A program made the position numbers and the translations under genes. 64,000 nt of DNA from Planctomycetota bacterium (lineage in GTDB: Bacteria > Planctomycetota > UBA1135 > UBA2386), in contig OZ245838.1 in assembly GCA_965228735.1 (NCBI GenBank), positions 4,288,001 to 4,352,000 on the forward strand. Reading direction: 5' to 3'. Below are positions 28,121 to 37,932 of the stretch, in pieces. Below the pieces are notes generated by a model. That model did no database searches. It had not been told where the DNA came from and saw nothing but the letters and a program-made list of their open reading frames with translations. Within the stretch, counting starts at the first letter, position 1; each line of letters starts with the position of its first letter.

Positions 28121-30091
28121 ATGGTCAGCACCGCACTGTTCACCGGCCTCTCCGGTCTACGCGTTCACCAGACGTACATCGACGTCATCGGCAACAACCT
28201 CGCGAATGTCAGCACGCCCGGCTTCCGCGGCTCCCGCGCGACGTTCAGTGACGTCCTGAGCTTCACCGTCCGCGCCGGCTCCGGCCCGAACGGCAACTTC
28301 GGCGGCGTCAACCCGATGCAGATCGGCTACGGCTCGGTGATGTCGACGGTCGACACGGACCTCAACCAGGGGACGTTCCAGGACACCGGTCGCGCGACCG
28401 ACGTCGCGTTGCAGGGCCGCGGATTCTTCACGATGACCGACGGCGTGCAGACGTTCTACTCGCGCGTCGGGTCGTTCACGATCGACAGCAACCGCGACCT
28501 CGTGGACGCGCGGTCGGGCATGCGGGTGCTCAACTCGAACGGCAACTCCATCCAGGTGCCGTTCTCGGACACGCTGCCGGCGCAGGCGTCGACCGAGGTC
28601 ACGTTCCAGGGCAACCTGCCGGCCGAGGTCGGCGGGCCGCTCGAGGAGATCCTCGAGACGTCCACCTCGCTGCAGGCGGGTGTTGCCGCGACGAAGGGCT
28701 CCACCGGCACCGCCGGCCCGGGCGGCAACCAGTTCGATCTGAGCGCGTTCGCCGGCAACAACGTCTCGATGCTCGTGTCGGTCAACGGCGGCGCCCAGAG
28801 CAGCGTCTCGTTCGCCGTTCCGGCGTCGGGCTTCGTTTCGCCGTCGACGATCGAGGCGGCGTTCACCAGCGCGAGCATCGCCGGCCTCGACATCACCGCG
28901 AACGACACGACGGGTCAGCTCACGTTCGACACGATCCGGCTCGGCGACACCGCGACGCTCAAGTTCGACGACGGCGCGGGTTCGACGGGCATGCTCACGG
29001 CGCTCGGCCTCGACGCCAACCTCGCGACCGGCTCGCAGACCGTCGCAACGGCAGCAACGGACCTCAACGCCCTCACCTCGCGCACCATCCCGTACGTCGC
29101 CGGCGTCGACGGCATCTCGATCAGCGGCACGAACCCCGACGGCACGCTGTTCTCGGACACGTTCGTCTACGGCACGACGGGCACGACGCTCGGCGAGCTG
29201 CGCGACTTCATCAATGCCCGCACCAACGGCGCGACCGCGTCGATCACGGCCGGCGGCAACCTGCGACTCGCGGCCGATGCCCCGGGCGAGGCCACGCTGA
29301 GCCTGCGCGTCGCGGATGCAACCGGCAGCGTCGGTGAGTCGCTGTGGCCCGACTTCCAGGTCGAGCAGGAGGGCACGGGACCGGATACCGCCGTCACATC
29401 GATCGACGTCGTCGACTCACAGGGCCGCACGCACCCGGTGACGATGACGTTCACCCGCAGCGCCATCGACCCGACGAGCTGGGACCTCACCGCGAGCATC
29501 GACCCGTCCGAGGGCACGATCAACCAGGCCTCGATCGGGCAGATCCGCTTCAACAACAACGGTTCGTTCAGCGTGATCGCCGGCGGCAGCAACCAGCTGC
29601 AGTTCACCTGGAACGGCATCGGCGCCGCGCAGAACGTCGCGGTCAACCTCGGCACGTCGGGACAGTTCGACGGCGTCGCGATGCTCGGCAACAGCACGAC
29701 GGTCGCGGCGATCGATCAGGACGGCTTCACGTCGGGCACGCTGCTGTCGCCGGGCTTCAACAACGAAGGTCAGCTCGTCGGCTACTACAGCAACGGCCAG
29801 ACGCGGGTTCTCGACCAGCTGCGCGTCACGATGTTCAGCAACGAGGGCGGCCTGCTCAAGGTCGGTGACACGATGTGGGTCGAGTCGCCCAACTCCGGCG
29901 ATGCGATCGCGACGACCGCGGGCGCTGCCGGCGCCGGCTCGGTCCGCGCGGGTCAGCTCGAGAACAGCAACGTCGACATCGCCCGCGAGTTCGTCAAGCT
30001 CATCGAGGCGCAGCGCGGCTTCCAGGCGAACTCCCGCGTCATCACGACGACGGACGAGATCCTCGCCGAACTCATGAACATCGTGAGGTAG
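28121..30091 (+). CDS. flgE: Flagellar hook protein
   Basis: GLSGL...IDVIGNNLANVST.GF; D.ALQG.GFF; LENSNVDIAREFV.LI.AQRGFQANSRVITT.DE. Confidence 0.95.
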   Translation: MVSTALFTGLSGLRVHQTYIDVIGNNLANVSTPGFRGSRATFSDVLSFTVRAGSGPNGNFGGVNPMQIGYGSVMSTVDTDLNQGTFQDTGRATDVALQGRGFFTMTDGVQTFYSRVGSFTIDSNRDLVDARSGMRVLNSNGNSIQVPFSDTLPAQASTEVTFQGNLPAEVGGPLEEILETSTSLQAGVAATKGSTGTAGPGGNQFDLSAFAGNNVSMLVSVNGGAQSSVSFAVPASGFVSPSTIEAAFTSASIAGLDITANDTTGQLTFDTIRLGDTATLKFDDGAGSTGMLTALGLDANLATGSQTVATAATDLNALTSRTIPYVAGVDGISISGTNPDGTLFSDTFVYGTTGTTLGELRDFINARTNGATASITAGGNLRLAADAPGEATLSLRVADATGSVGESLWPDFQVEQEGTGPDTAVTSIDVVDSQGRTHPVTMTFTRSAIDPTSWDLTASIDPSEGTINQASIGQIRFNNNGSFSVIAGGSNQLQFTWNGIGAAQNVAVNLGTSGQFDGVAMLGNSTTVAAIDQDGFTSGTLLSPGFNNEGQLVGYYSNGQTRVLDQLRVTMFSNEGGLLKVGDTMWVESPNSGDAIATTAGAAGAGSVRAGQLENSNVDIAREFVKLIEAQRGFQANSRVITTTDEILAELMNIVR

Positions 30092-30093
30092 TC

Positions 30094-30834
30094 GTGTCGA
30101 GCTACAGCGAAACCACCCTGGTCCGCGGCCTGCGGTTCCTCGCGGAGAAGCAGGCCTCGATCGCGAACAACCTCGCGAACGTCGACACGGCGAGCTTCAA
30201 GCGCCGCGTGGCGATCGCGAGTCCGAACCGGATGAACTTCGAGTCGATGTTGCGCGAACAACTGCCATCGGTGAACTACGAAGAACGCTCCGACCTGGCT
30301 CGAGGAGTGCTCCGGGAGACCAGCAACCGCCTCGACGTCGCCGTCGACGGCAAGGCCTGGCTCCAGGTTCGAGACTCCGCCGGCTCGACCTACTACACCC
30401 GCAACGGCCAGCTCGAGATCAACCCCGAGGGCAACCTCGTGACGCGAGAGGGGCTCGAGCTCCTCGACACGGCGGGCAACGCGATCAACGTCGCCCCGGG
30501 GAACGTGCCGCCATCCGAGCTCTCGATCTCGAGCAACGGGCTCGTGCAGGATCCGCGGAACGGACAGGAGTTCGGCACCATCAAGATCGCCGAACTCGAG
30601 AACCCCGGCGCCCTCCGCCCGCTCGGCCGTGGCCTGTTCTCGGACCCGCTCGAGCAACAGGCGACGCGGAGTGGAGATCCGCTGCGTCAGGGATTCATCG
30701 AAGGCAGCAACGTCGATCCGCTGCAGGAGCTCGTCGCGATGATGACCGTCGAACGCAGCTTCGCCGCCACGCAGAAGGCCCTCACGGCATCGAGCCGTCT
30801 GCAAGAGAACATCATCGCCAACATTCTGAGGTAG
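30094..30834 (+). CDS. flgF: Flagellar basal-body rod protein FlgF
   Basis: IANNLANVDT.SFK, LDVAVDG, YYTRNG, QGFIEGSNVD; GTG start right after flgE. Confidence 0.85.
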   Translation: MSSYSETTLVRGLRFLAEKQASIANNLANVDTASFKRRVAIASPNRMNFESMLREQLPSVNYEERSDLARGVLRETSNRLDVAVDGKAWLQVRDSAGSTYYTRNGQLEINPEGNLVTREGLELLDTAGNAINVAPGNVPPSELSISSNGLVQDPRNGQEFGTIKIAELENPGALRPLGRGLFSDPLEQQATRSGDPLRQGFIEGSNVDPLQELVAMMTVERSFAATQKALTASSRLQENIIANILR

Positions 30835-30836
30835 TC

Positions 30837-31631
30837 ATGCTCAAGAGTCTCTACACCACCGCGACGGGCATGAAAGCCCAGCAAACCATGGTCGACATGA
30901 TCGCGAACAACATCGCGAACGTGAACACCGCGGGCTTCAAGAAGTCGCAGGCCTCGTTCGAGGACCTGTTCTACGTCACGCTGCAGTCGCCGGGTCTGGC
31001 GCGCGGCACGAACGACTCCCCCGCTCCGATCGGCACGCAGGTCGGCTCCGGCACGCGCCTCAACGGCACGACCAAGGTGTTCACGACGGGCACGCTGGAG
31101 ATCACCGAACGCGCGCTCGACGTCGCGATCGACGGTGACGGGTTCTTCGCGGTGACGCTGCCGGACGGCTCGGTGGGCTACACCCGCGATGGCGGCTTCC
31201 ACGTCAACTCCGAGGGTCGCCTCGTGTCCGGCTCGGGCAACATCCTGCAGCCGGAGATCACGGTCCCGCAGGACATCCTCGAGATCTCGATCGACCCCAC
31301 CGGGCTCGTCAGCGGCCGCACGGCCGGTGCGCCCGACGTCGCGACGCAGTTCGGGCTCGTCACGCTGCACCGCTTCATCAACCCGTCGGGCATGCTCGCG
31401 GTCGGCGCCAACGTGATGCGGCCGACCGAGGCCTCGGGCGCGCCGATCACCGGCACCCCGGGCCTCACGGGCCTCGGCACGCTCAAGCAGGGCTTCGTCG
31501 AGCGCTCGAACGTCCAGATCGTCAACGAGCTGGTCAACCTCATCGTCGCGCAGCGCGCCTACGAGGTGAACAGCCGCGCCATCCAGGCCAGCGATCAGAT
31601 GCTGTCGACGGCCACGAACATCGTCCGCTGA
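30837..31631 (+). CDS. flgG: Flagellar basal-body rod protein FlgG
   Basis: SLYTTATGM.AQQ..VD.IANNIANVNT.GFKK...FEDLFY; ERSNV..VNELV.LI.AQRAYE.NS. Confidence 0.95.
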   Translation: MLKSLYTTATGMKAQQTMVDMIANNIANVNTAGFKKSQASFEDLFYVTLQSPGLARGTNDSPAPIGTQVGSGTRLNGTTKVFTTGTLEITERALDVAIDGDGFFAVTLPDGSVGYTRDGGFHVNSEGRLVSGSGNILQPEITVPQDILEISIDPTGLVSGRTAGAPDVATQFGLVTLHRFINPSGMLAVGANVMRPTEASGAPITGTPGLTGLGTLKQGFVERSNVQIVNELVNLIVAQRAYEVNSRAIQASDQMLSTATNIVR

Positions 31632-31649
31632 TCGAAGGAGGAAGAACCG

Positions 31650-32648
31650 ATGACCACACTCACGACCATCCTGCTCTGCGCCCTGACCGCGTTCGCCGGC
31701 AACGGCGGCGACAACGGCAACGGCGACAAGGACAAGAAGACGAAGAAGGCGCTCGACGTGCGCGTGCGCGTCGGCGCGACCGCCCGCGGGGCCGACGTCA
31801 AGGTCGCCGACCTCTGCGAGATCACTCCGATCAACGACGCGTCGCTCGCGCTCGGCAACGTCGTCTTCGGCCCTTCGCCGATGGGGGGCGCCGCGCGCAC
31901 GGTCACCCGCACGGAGATCGTGCAGGTGATCGCTGCCAACGGCCACGACGTGAGCCGCTACTCCTTCTCGGGGCCGACGGAGATCGTCGTGCAGCCGATC
32001 ATCGCCGAGGTCCCGACCGACGAACTGCTCGACACTGCGAGCGCGGCGTTGCGTGCGCTGATCGCGCACGAGGGCGGCGACGTCGAGATCGAGGCCCCGG
32101 CCCGCGTCCGCCGCGTGCACACGCCGCCCGGTCGCATGTCGCGCGAACTGCGTGCGCGCGTGCGCGGCGGCAAGACCGGCCTCGGCACCGCCGTCGTCGA
32201 CGTCGAAGTGCTCGTCGATGGCAAGCCGTTCAAGCGCGTGCCGCTGCAGTACCGCCTGCAGCGCTTCCGCATGCTGCTCAAGACCACCGGTGTGATCCGC
32301 AAGGGCGAGCGCTTCGGCGCCCACAACGTCCAGCTGTCGCGTCAGCCGCAGATCCAGGCGACGGGGCTCTACCTCGACCGGCTCGATCTCGTCGACGGGA
32401 TGATCGCGAGCCGCAACCTGCAGGCCGACTCGCGCCTGACACTCACCGACGCCGCGCCGCCTGCTGCGGTTCGCAAGGGCGAAGTCGTCACCGCGGTGCT
32501 CACGAACGGCCGCGTGAAGATCACGACCAAAGCGGTGGCCAACGGCGACGCCCCGCTCGGCGGCCGCCTGGCCATGACCAACCTGCGCACGCGCCGCGTG
32601 CTCACCGGGATCGTCGTCGCACCCGGCGTCGTCGTGATCCCCAACTGA
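31650..32648 (+). CDS. flgA: Flagellar P-ring formation chaperone
   Basis: Signal peptide; SAF-like C-terminus VRKGEVV...V.IT..A..DAPLG.R..M.N....VL.G.V; position between flgG and flgH. Confidence 0.85.
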   Translation: MTTLTTILLCALTAFAGNGGDNGNGDKDKKTKKALDVRVRVGATARGADVKVADLCEITPINDASLALGNVVFGPSPMGGAARTVTRTEIVQVIAANGHDVSRYSFSGPTEIVVQPIIAEVPTDELLDTASAALRALIAHEGGDVEIEAPARVRRVHTPPGRMSRELRARVRGGKTGLGTAVVDVEVLVDGKPFKRVPLQYRLQRFRMLLKTTGVIRKGERFGAHNVQLSRQPQIQATGLYLDRLDLVDGMIASRNLQADSRLTLTDAAPPAAVRKGEVVTAVLTNGRVKITTKAVANGDAPLGGRLAMTNLRTRRVLTGIVVAPGVVVIPN

Positions 32649-32679
32649 GAACCGCGCCCCGAGACCACCCGGACAACCC

Positions 32680-33297
32680 ATGAAAAACCTCACCCTGACA
32701 GCAGCCGTGGCCCTCATCGCGACGCTCCCCAGCCTCGTCGCGCAGAACCCCTACGTCCGCGCCGGCGCCGCGATCTCGGTCGCGACCGACCCGCGCGCCC
32801 GGGCGATCGGCGACGTGCTGACCGTCACGATCCAGGAGCAGACCCAGGTGCGCAACGAGGAGCGCGTCGAACGGCGTCAGGACACCTCCCTCGCCGCCCG
32901 CCTCGAGGCGTTCTCGCTCAGCGACAAGACGTTCAAGGGCAGCACGCTGCCACGCCTCGACGTGCGCAAGGAGTCGGACTTCAACGGCGAGGCGCTGCAG
33001 AACTCGGGCTCCGACGTCCGCGCGAACATCGCGGTCATCGTCGTCGACGTGCAACCGAACGGCAATCTGGTGATCGCGGGCGCCCGCGAGGTCACCGTCA
33101 ACGACGAGACCCGAACGCTGAAGATCAGCGGCATCGTGCGCGCGCTCGACGTCACCCCGGACAACACCGTCGGCAGCCAACTGGTCGCCGAAGCGCGGAT
33201 CGCGATCTGTGGCTCGGGTCCGAACACGCAGCAGGTCACCCGCGGCCCCGTCGGCCAGATGTTCGACACGCTCATGTGGGCCGTCTGGCCCTTCTAG
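32680..33297 (+). CDS. flgH: Flagellar L-ring protein
   Basis: RARAIGDVLTVTIQE, VVDVQPNGNLVIAG.REV.VN.E...L.ISGIVR..D...DNTV.S..VAEARI. Confidence 0.92.
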   Translation: MKNLTLTAAVALIATLPSLVAQNPYVRAGAAISVATDPRARAIGDVLTVTIQEQTQVRNEERVERRQDTSLAARLEAFSLSDKTFKGSTLPRLDVRKESDFNGEALQNSGSDVRANIAVIVVDVQPNGNLVIAGAREVTVNDETRTLKISGIVRALDVTPDNTVGSQLVAEARIAICGSGPNTQQVTRGPVGQMFDTLMWAVWPF

Positions 33298-33330
33298 GCC
33301 CCGCTCGCCCCCAGAACCCGAGATCCACCG

Positions 33331-34584
33331 ATGCAACTCAGAACCGCCATGATCGCCCCGGCACTGACGGCCGTCCTGTCGTCGGCGCTCGTCGCCCAGG
33401 ACCCGCAGCCGCAGCCGCCGGGCAGCGAGCCGGCCCCGGCGACGACGGGCACGCCGTCGATCACGTCGCTCACTCCGCGCAACGCGCAGGGTGGCGGCAC
33501 GCAACCGATCGTGCTGAACGGCCTCGGCGAGACCGTGCTGTCGCCGCGCATCCGGACGATCACCGAACTGCACAACTCGATGCCGCACAAGCTGGTCGGC
33601 CTAGGGCTCGTGACCGGCCTCCCGAACACGGGCTCGAGTGACCGCGGCTCCCGCCAGGCGATCCTCAACCTGGTCCGCAAGAACGGCTACAACGTGACGA
33701 TCGCGGACGTCGTCGGCGGCACGACGACGCTCGTGACCCTGACGTGCGAGCTGCCGCCGTTCGCCAAGGAGGGTGAGCGCCTCGACATCAAGTGCGCGGT
33801 CATGACGGACGCGACCTCGCTGCGCGGCGGCGTGCTGCTGCGCGCCGAGCTCTTCGGCGTCGACGGCAAGTCCTACGTGGTCGCCGACGGCTCGATCCTG
33901 ACGCCGGGCTACGTGGCGCAGGGCCAGAACGCGCAGATCAAGAAGAACCCCGCGGCCACGGGCTGGATCCAGAGCGGCGGCCTCGTCATCCGGGAGGAGG
34001 GCTCGTCGTTCTACAGCGAATCCGGCGCGCTCGAGCTGCGCCTGCGCAACCCGAGCCCGTTCAACGCCGCGTCCGTCGCGCAGGGCATCGCCACGGCCCT
34101 CGACGGCACCGCCGCGGTCGTGTCGCCGGTCGACTCGGCGCTGGTCCGCATCGAGCTGCCTGACGAGCAGCGCACGAACGCCAACGCCATCCGCGTTCTC
34201 AACCTGATCGGCGACGTTCGCGTTCCGGTGCAGAACCCCGCGAAGGTCACGGTCGATCAGACGAGCGGCACCGTGCTCGCCGGCGAGGGCGTGCTCATCA
34301 GCCCGTGCGTCGTCGGCCTCAGCGAGCTCACCATCTCGATCGTGGAGGACGAGAACGTGGCTCAGCCCCTGCCGTTCTCGCAGGGCGAGACCGCGCGCAT
34401 CGGCGCGACGCGGGTCGAAGCCAGCGAGAACAACAAGGCACTCAAGAAGGTCGGCGGCGGCGCCACCGTCGCAGACCTGCTGCAGAACCTCGAGCGCATC
34501 GGCCTCACGCCGGCGCAGCTCGTCATCGTGTTCCAGGCGCTCGATCAGGGCGGCTTCTTGCACGCCGAGCTGGAGGTGCGCTGA
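33331..34584 (+). CDS. flgI: Flagellar P-ring protein
   Basis: LVGLGLVTGL.NTG, LPPFAKEG..LD, DATSLRGG.L, AKV.VD..SGTV, C-terminal L...G.LHAEL. Confidence 0.93.
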   Translation: MQLRTAMIAPALTAVLSSALVAQDPQPQPPGSEPAPATTGTPSITSLTPRNAQGGGTQPIVLNGLGETVLSPRIRTITELHNSMPHKLVGLGLVTGLPNTGSSDRGSRQAILNLVRKNGYNVTIADVVGGTTTLVTLTCELPPFAKEGERLDIKCAVMTDATSLRGGVLLRAELFGVDGKSYVVADGSILTPGYVAQGQNAQIKKNPAATGWIQSGGLVIREEGSSFYSESGALELRLRNPSPFNAASVAQGIATALDGTAAVVSPVDSALVRIELPDEQRTNANAIRVLNLIGDVRVPVQNPAKVTVDQTSGTVLAGEGVLISPCVVGLSELTISIVEDENVAQPLPFSQGETARIGATRVEASENNKALKKVGGGATVADLLQNLERIGLTPAQLVIVFQALDQGGFLHAELEVR

Positions 34585-35018
34585 TGCAGGCCACGCCAGC
34601 GATGACCTCCAGGGTCGGGCGCGAGGCCCTTGACGGCGGCAACGCCCGCGTCGGCACGCGTGAACACGCCGAACAGACCGCGAAGCAGTTCGAGGCGATG
34701 TTCATCCAGCAGCTCGTCAGCAGCCTGCGGGCCAGCTCTTCGATCAGCGAGGACGGCGGCCTGTTCGGCAACGGCACGGGCAGCGACACGTATGCAGGCT
34801 GGTTCGACCAGCACGTCACCGAGCACCTCGGTGCGCACCAATCGATCGGTGTGCAGGAGGTCGTCATCCAGGACATGGTCCGCCACGGCCAACTGGCCGA
34901 GGCGCCGAAGGCCGCTGCCGACCGCAAGCAACAGCTGGTCACCGCGCAGCGCGCCATGGACCGCAGTTCGTTCGCCGCCCTCTCGGCCATCAGGAGCTCT
35001 ATCGATGTCGCGCTCTGA
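34584..35018 (+). CDS. flgJ: Rod-binding protein FlgJ (short form, no muramidase domain)
   Basis: AKQFEAMFIQQLV..LR, GLFG...GSD.Y..WFDQ; TGATG overlap with flgI. Confidence 0.82.
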   Translation: MQATPAMTSRVGREALDGGNARVGTREHAEQTAKQFEAMFIQQLVSSLRASSSISEDGGLFGNGTGSDTYAGWFDQHVTEHLGAHQSIGVQEVVIQDMVRHGQLAEAPKAAADRKQQLVTAQRAMDRSSFAALSAIRSSIDVAL

Positions 35019-35553
35019 CGCCTCACTGACCGAACTGGCGGCGACGCTCGAACGGTCGTTCCGCACCACCCACGGCCTCCTCGAGGAGCTCGTGGCCGGG
35101 CTGCGCGACCGCCGCTCGGCGTGGGTCTCGGCGCGGCCGGATACGATCGCCCCGTCCGCCGACCTCGAAGGCCTGGCGCAGCGCCTCGCGGCTGAAGACG
35201 AAGCACGCCGCGTGCTCGTCGAGGAGCTCGCGAGGTCGTTGCCGGGCCACCCTGGCGTCGCGGCAACGGCGACGCGCGTCAACGTCTCACGAATCGTGGC
35301 CGCACTGCCGGCCGCGGTCGGGGCGCGATTGCGGCAGGTTGCCGACGCAGCCACCAAACTCGCGTGCGAGGTTCGCACCGAGCTCGCGCTCGGGCGACGC
35401 CTGCTCGAGTTCTCGCAGCGCACGCACGACGGCCTGGTCACCGAACTCTCGGCCCAACCGCACTCGGGCGCGCCGCGCGGCTACGACCGCACGGCGACGG
35501 CCCGACCCGCTGCGGGGCCCGCGAGCGCGACCATCATCGACGGCAGGATGTAG
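35005..35553 (+). CDS. flgN: Flagellar export chaperone FlgN-like
   Basis: Helical protein between flgJ and flgK, ending GYDR...IIDGRM. Confidence 0.65.
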   Translation: MSRSDASLTELAATLERSFRTTHGLLEELVAGLRDRRSAWVSARPDTIAPSADLEGLAQRLAAEDEARRVLVEELARSLPGHPGVAATATRVNVSRIVAALPAAVGARLRQVADAATKLACEVRTELALGRRLLEFSQRTHDGLVTELSAQPHSGAPRGYDRTATARPAAGPASATIIDGRM

Positions 35554-35570
35554 GGACAGGAGGAAGGACC

Positions 35571-37928
35571 ATGGGACTCGGCTTCGGTTTCGGCTCGGGC
35601 TTGCGTGCGCTCAGCGCAGCGCGCCTCGGCATGCAGGTCGCGGGCAACAACATCGCCAACGCCAACACGGTGGGCTACTCGCGTCAACGCGTCGAGCTCA
35701 GCGCCGCGTTGCCGTACCAGACCGGCCGCGGCTTCCAGATCGGCAGCGGCGTGGATGTCAGCGGCATCTTCGGCGTCGTCGACCAGGGTCTCGAACGGCG
35801 CATCCAGCTGCAGACCGGACTCGTCGGCGCCGCGCGCGTCGACCAGCTCCGCATGGCGGAGCTCGAGGGCATCCTCGGCGAGCCCGAAGGCCTGTCCGAG
35901 ACGCTGCAGGGCTTCTTCGGTTCGATCGGCGCGCTGCAGACCGACCCGGCCGATCGCGCGCTGCGCGGCGGCGTCATCCAGTCCGGGGCGCTCCTCAGCC
36001 AGGGCTTCCGGCTGATCTCCGATCGCGTCGGTGAGCTTCGGGGCAGCTCGTTCGACGAAGTCCGCGGTCACGTGCGCGAGGTCAACGAACACGCGGCTGC
36101 GATCGCCGAACTCAACAGTCAGATCATCGGCGTCGAGGCGAACGGCTCGGCCGCGAACGACCTGCGGGACGCGCGCCGTGAGCACGTGCGACAGATCAGC
36201 GTGCTGCTGGACACCCGCGCCATCGAACGCAGTTCGGGCTCCGTCGACGTGCTCGTCGGCGGCCACCTGCTCGTCGCCGGATCGCAGTCCACCCAGCTCG
36301 GCGTGGGCCGCGGCGCCGACGGACTGACGCGCGTCACCGCCGGCGAGAACGCCGCCACCGTGAACGTTCGCGAAGGGCGCATCGCCGCGCTGCTGCGCCA
36401 GGAGGCCACGGACCTGCCGGGCACGCTGAGCCGCATCGACGATCTCGCGCGCAGCACGATCCTCGAGTTCAACCGGCTGCACTCCACCGGCATGCCGCGC
36501 TCCGGCCCGTTCCAGTCGCTGCGTTCGGCCTACGGCGTGCTGGACGGCAACAACAACAACGTGTTCGGCGACGAGCTGTTGTCGCAGGCGGGCCTCGAGT
36601 TCGCGGTCCAGAACGGTGAGCTCTACGTCAACGTCAGCAACCTCGAGAGCGGCGGCATGGAGCGCACGCGAATCGCGATCGACCCGGCCTCGATGACGCT
36701 GCGGGACGTCGCGGACGAGCTGACTGCCATCGACCACATCAGCGCGAGCATCGACCCGACGGGCCGGCTCCGCATCAGCGCCGACAACGGCTACGGCTTC
36801 GATTTCTCGCCCCGCCTCGATCCCGACCCGGACGGGAACGGTACGTTCGGCGGCACGAACCCGTCGATCGGCGCGACCGGCGCGGGACCGTACGACATCT
36901 CGGGGCAGACGTTCCCCGTGACCTTCACCGTGACGACGGGCAGCGCCACGGCGCCGGTGAACACGACGGTCACGCTGCAGGCGACGGACTTCGCGAACTC
37001 GTCGACGGCGACCACCGCCGAGCTCATCGCCGCGATCAACGACGACCTCGGGACCGCGGGCACCGCGCAGGAGGTCGCCGGTCGGCTCGTGATCCAGGGT
37101 TCGCAGGGCGGCGACAGCTCGATCCTGCAGTTGACGAACGGCAGCGGCACCGTGCTCGGCGATCTCGGCCTGTCGACCGCCCAGACGACGGGTCGCGACC
37201 ACACGCTGCCGATCACGGTCGAGGGCACCTACACCGGCGCGGACAACGACCGCTTCACGTTCGTCCCCGCGGGCGACGGTCAGATCGGCCGCACCGCGGG
37301 CCTCAAGATCAACGTGTTCAACAGCGCCGGCGACCTCGTCACGGAGCTCGACGTCGGGCAGACCTACCAGCCCGGCGAAATGATCGAGGTCGCGGACGGC
37401 GTCCAGGTCTCGTTCGGCCCCGGCACGATCTCCGGCACCGCCGGCCAGGTCTTCGGGCTCGACGTGCTCAACGACAGCGATACGGCCGACCTGCTCGTCG
37501 GCATCGGGATGAACTCGTTCTTCCTCGGGTCTTCGGCGAACGACATCGAGGTCGATCCCGCGATCCTGTCGAACCCGGACCGGCTCGCGGCCGCACTCGG
37601 CACGGCCGACGGCGACGCGAGCAATCTCGAACGCTTCACCGCGATGCGCGACCGCGCGATCGGCTCGCTCGACGCGAACACGATCGAGGACTTCTACGCC
37701 GATCTGGTCGGTGACGTCGGATTCGAGACCGCCGGCGCGACGACCGCGCTGATCGCGGAGGAGGACCTGCTCGGCTACCTGCAGGCCGAACGCGAAGGCG
37801 TATCCGGCGTCAACATCGACGAGGAGATGGTCTCAATGGTGCAGTACCAGCAGTCCTACGAGGCGGCGGCGCGCTTCATTTCGGTGGCGCAGCAGATGCT
37901 CGACACCCTGATCAACCTCGGGAGGTGA
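35571..37928 (+). CDS. flgK: Flagellar hook-associated protein 1
   Basis: V.GNNIANANTVGYSRQRV; NDLRDAR; REGVSGVNIDEEM..M..YQQSYEAAAR.I. Confidence 0.95.
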   Translation: MGLGFGFGSGLRALSAARLGMQVAGNNIANANTVGYSRQRVELSAALPYQTGRGFQIGSGVDVSGIFGVVDQGLERRIQLQTGLVGAARVDQLRMAELEGILGEPEGLSETLQGFFGSIGALQTDPADRALRGGVIQSGALLSQGFRLISDRVGELRGSSFDEVRGHVREVNEHAAAIAELNSQIIGVEANGSAANDLRDARREHVRQISVLLDTRAIERSSGSVDVLVGGHLLVAGSQSTQLGVGRGADGLTRVTAGENAATVNVREGRIAALLRQEATDLPGTLSRIDDLARSTILEFNRLHSTGMPRSGPFQSLRSAYGVLDGNNNNVFGDELLSQAGLEFAVQNGELYVNVSNLESGGMERTRIAIDPASMTLRDVADELTAIDHISASIDPTGRLRISADNGYGFDFSPRLDPDPDGNGTFGGTNPSIGATGAGPYDISGQTFPVTFTVTTGSATAPVNTTVTLQATDFANSSTATTAELIAAINDDLGTAGTAQEVAGRLVIQGSQGGDSSILQLTNGSGTVLGDLGLSTAQTTGRDHTLPITVEGTYTGADNDRFTFVPAGDGQIGRTAGLKINVFNSAGDLVTELDVGQTYQPGEMIEVADGVQVSFGPGTISGTAGQVFGLDVLNDSDTADLLVGIGMNSFFLGSSANDIEVDPAILSNPDRLAAALGTADGDASNLERFTAMRDRAIGSLDANTIEDFYADLVGDVGFETAGATTALIAEEDLLGYLQAEREGVSGVNIDEEMVSMVQYQQSYEAAARFISVAQQMLDTLINLGR

Positions 37929-37932
37929 CGCG

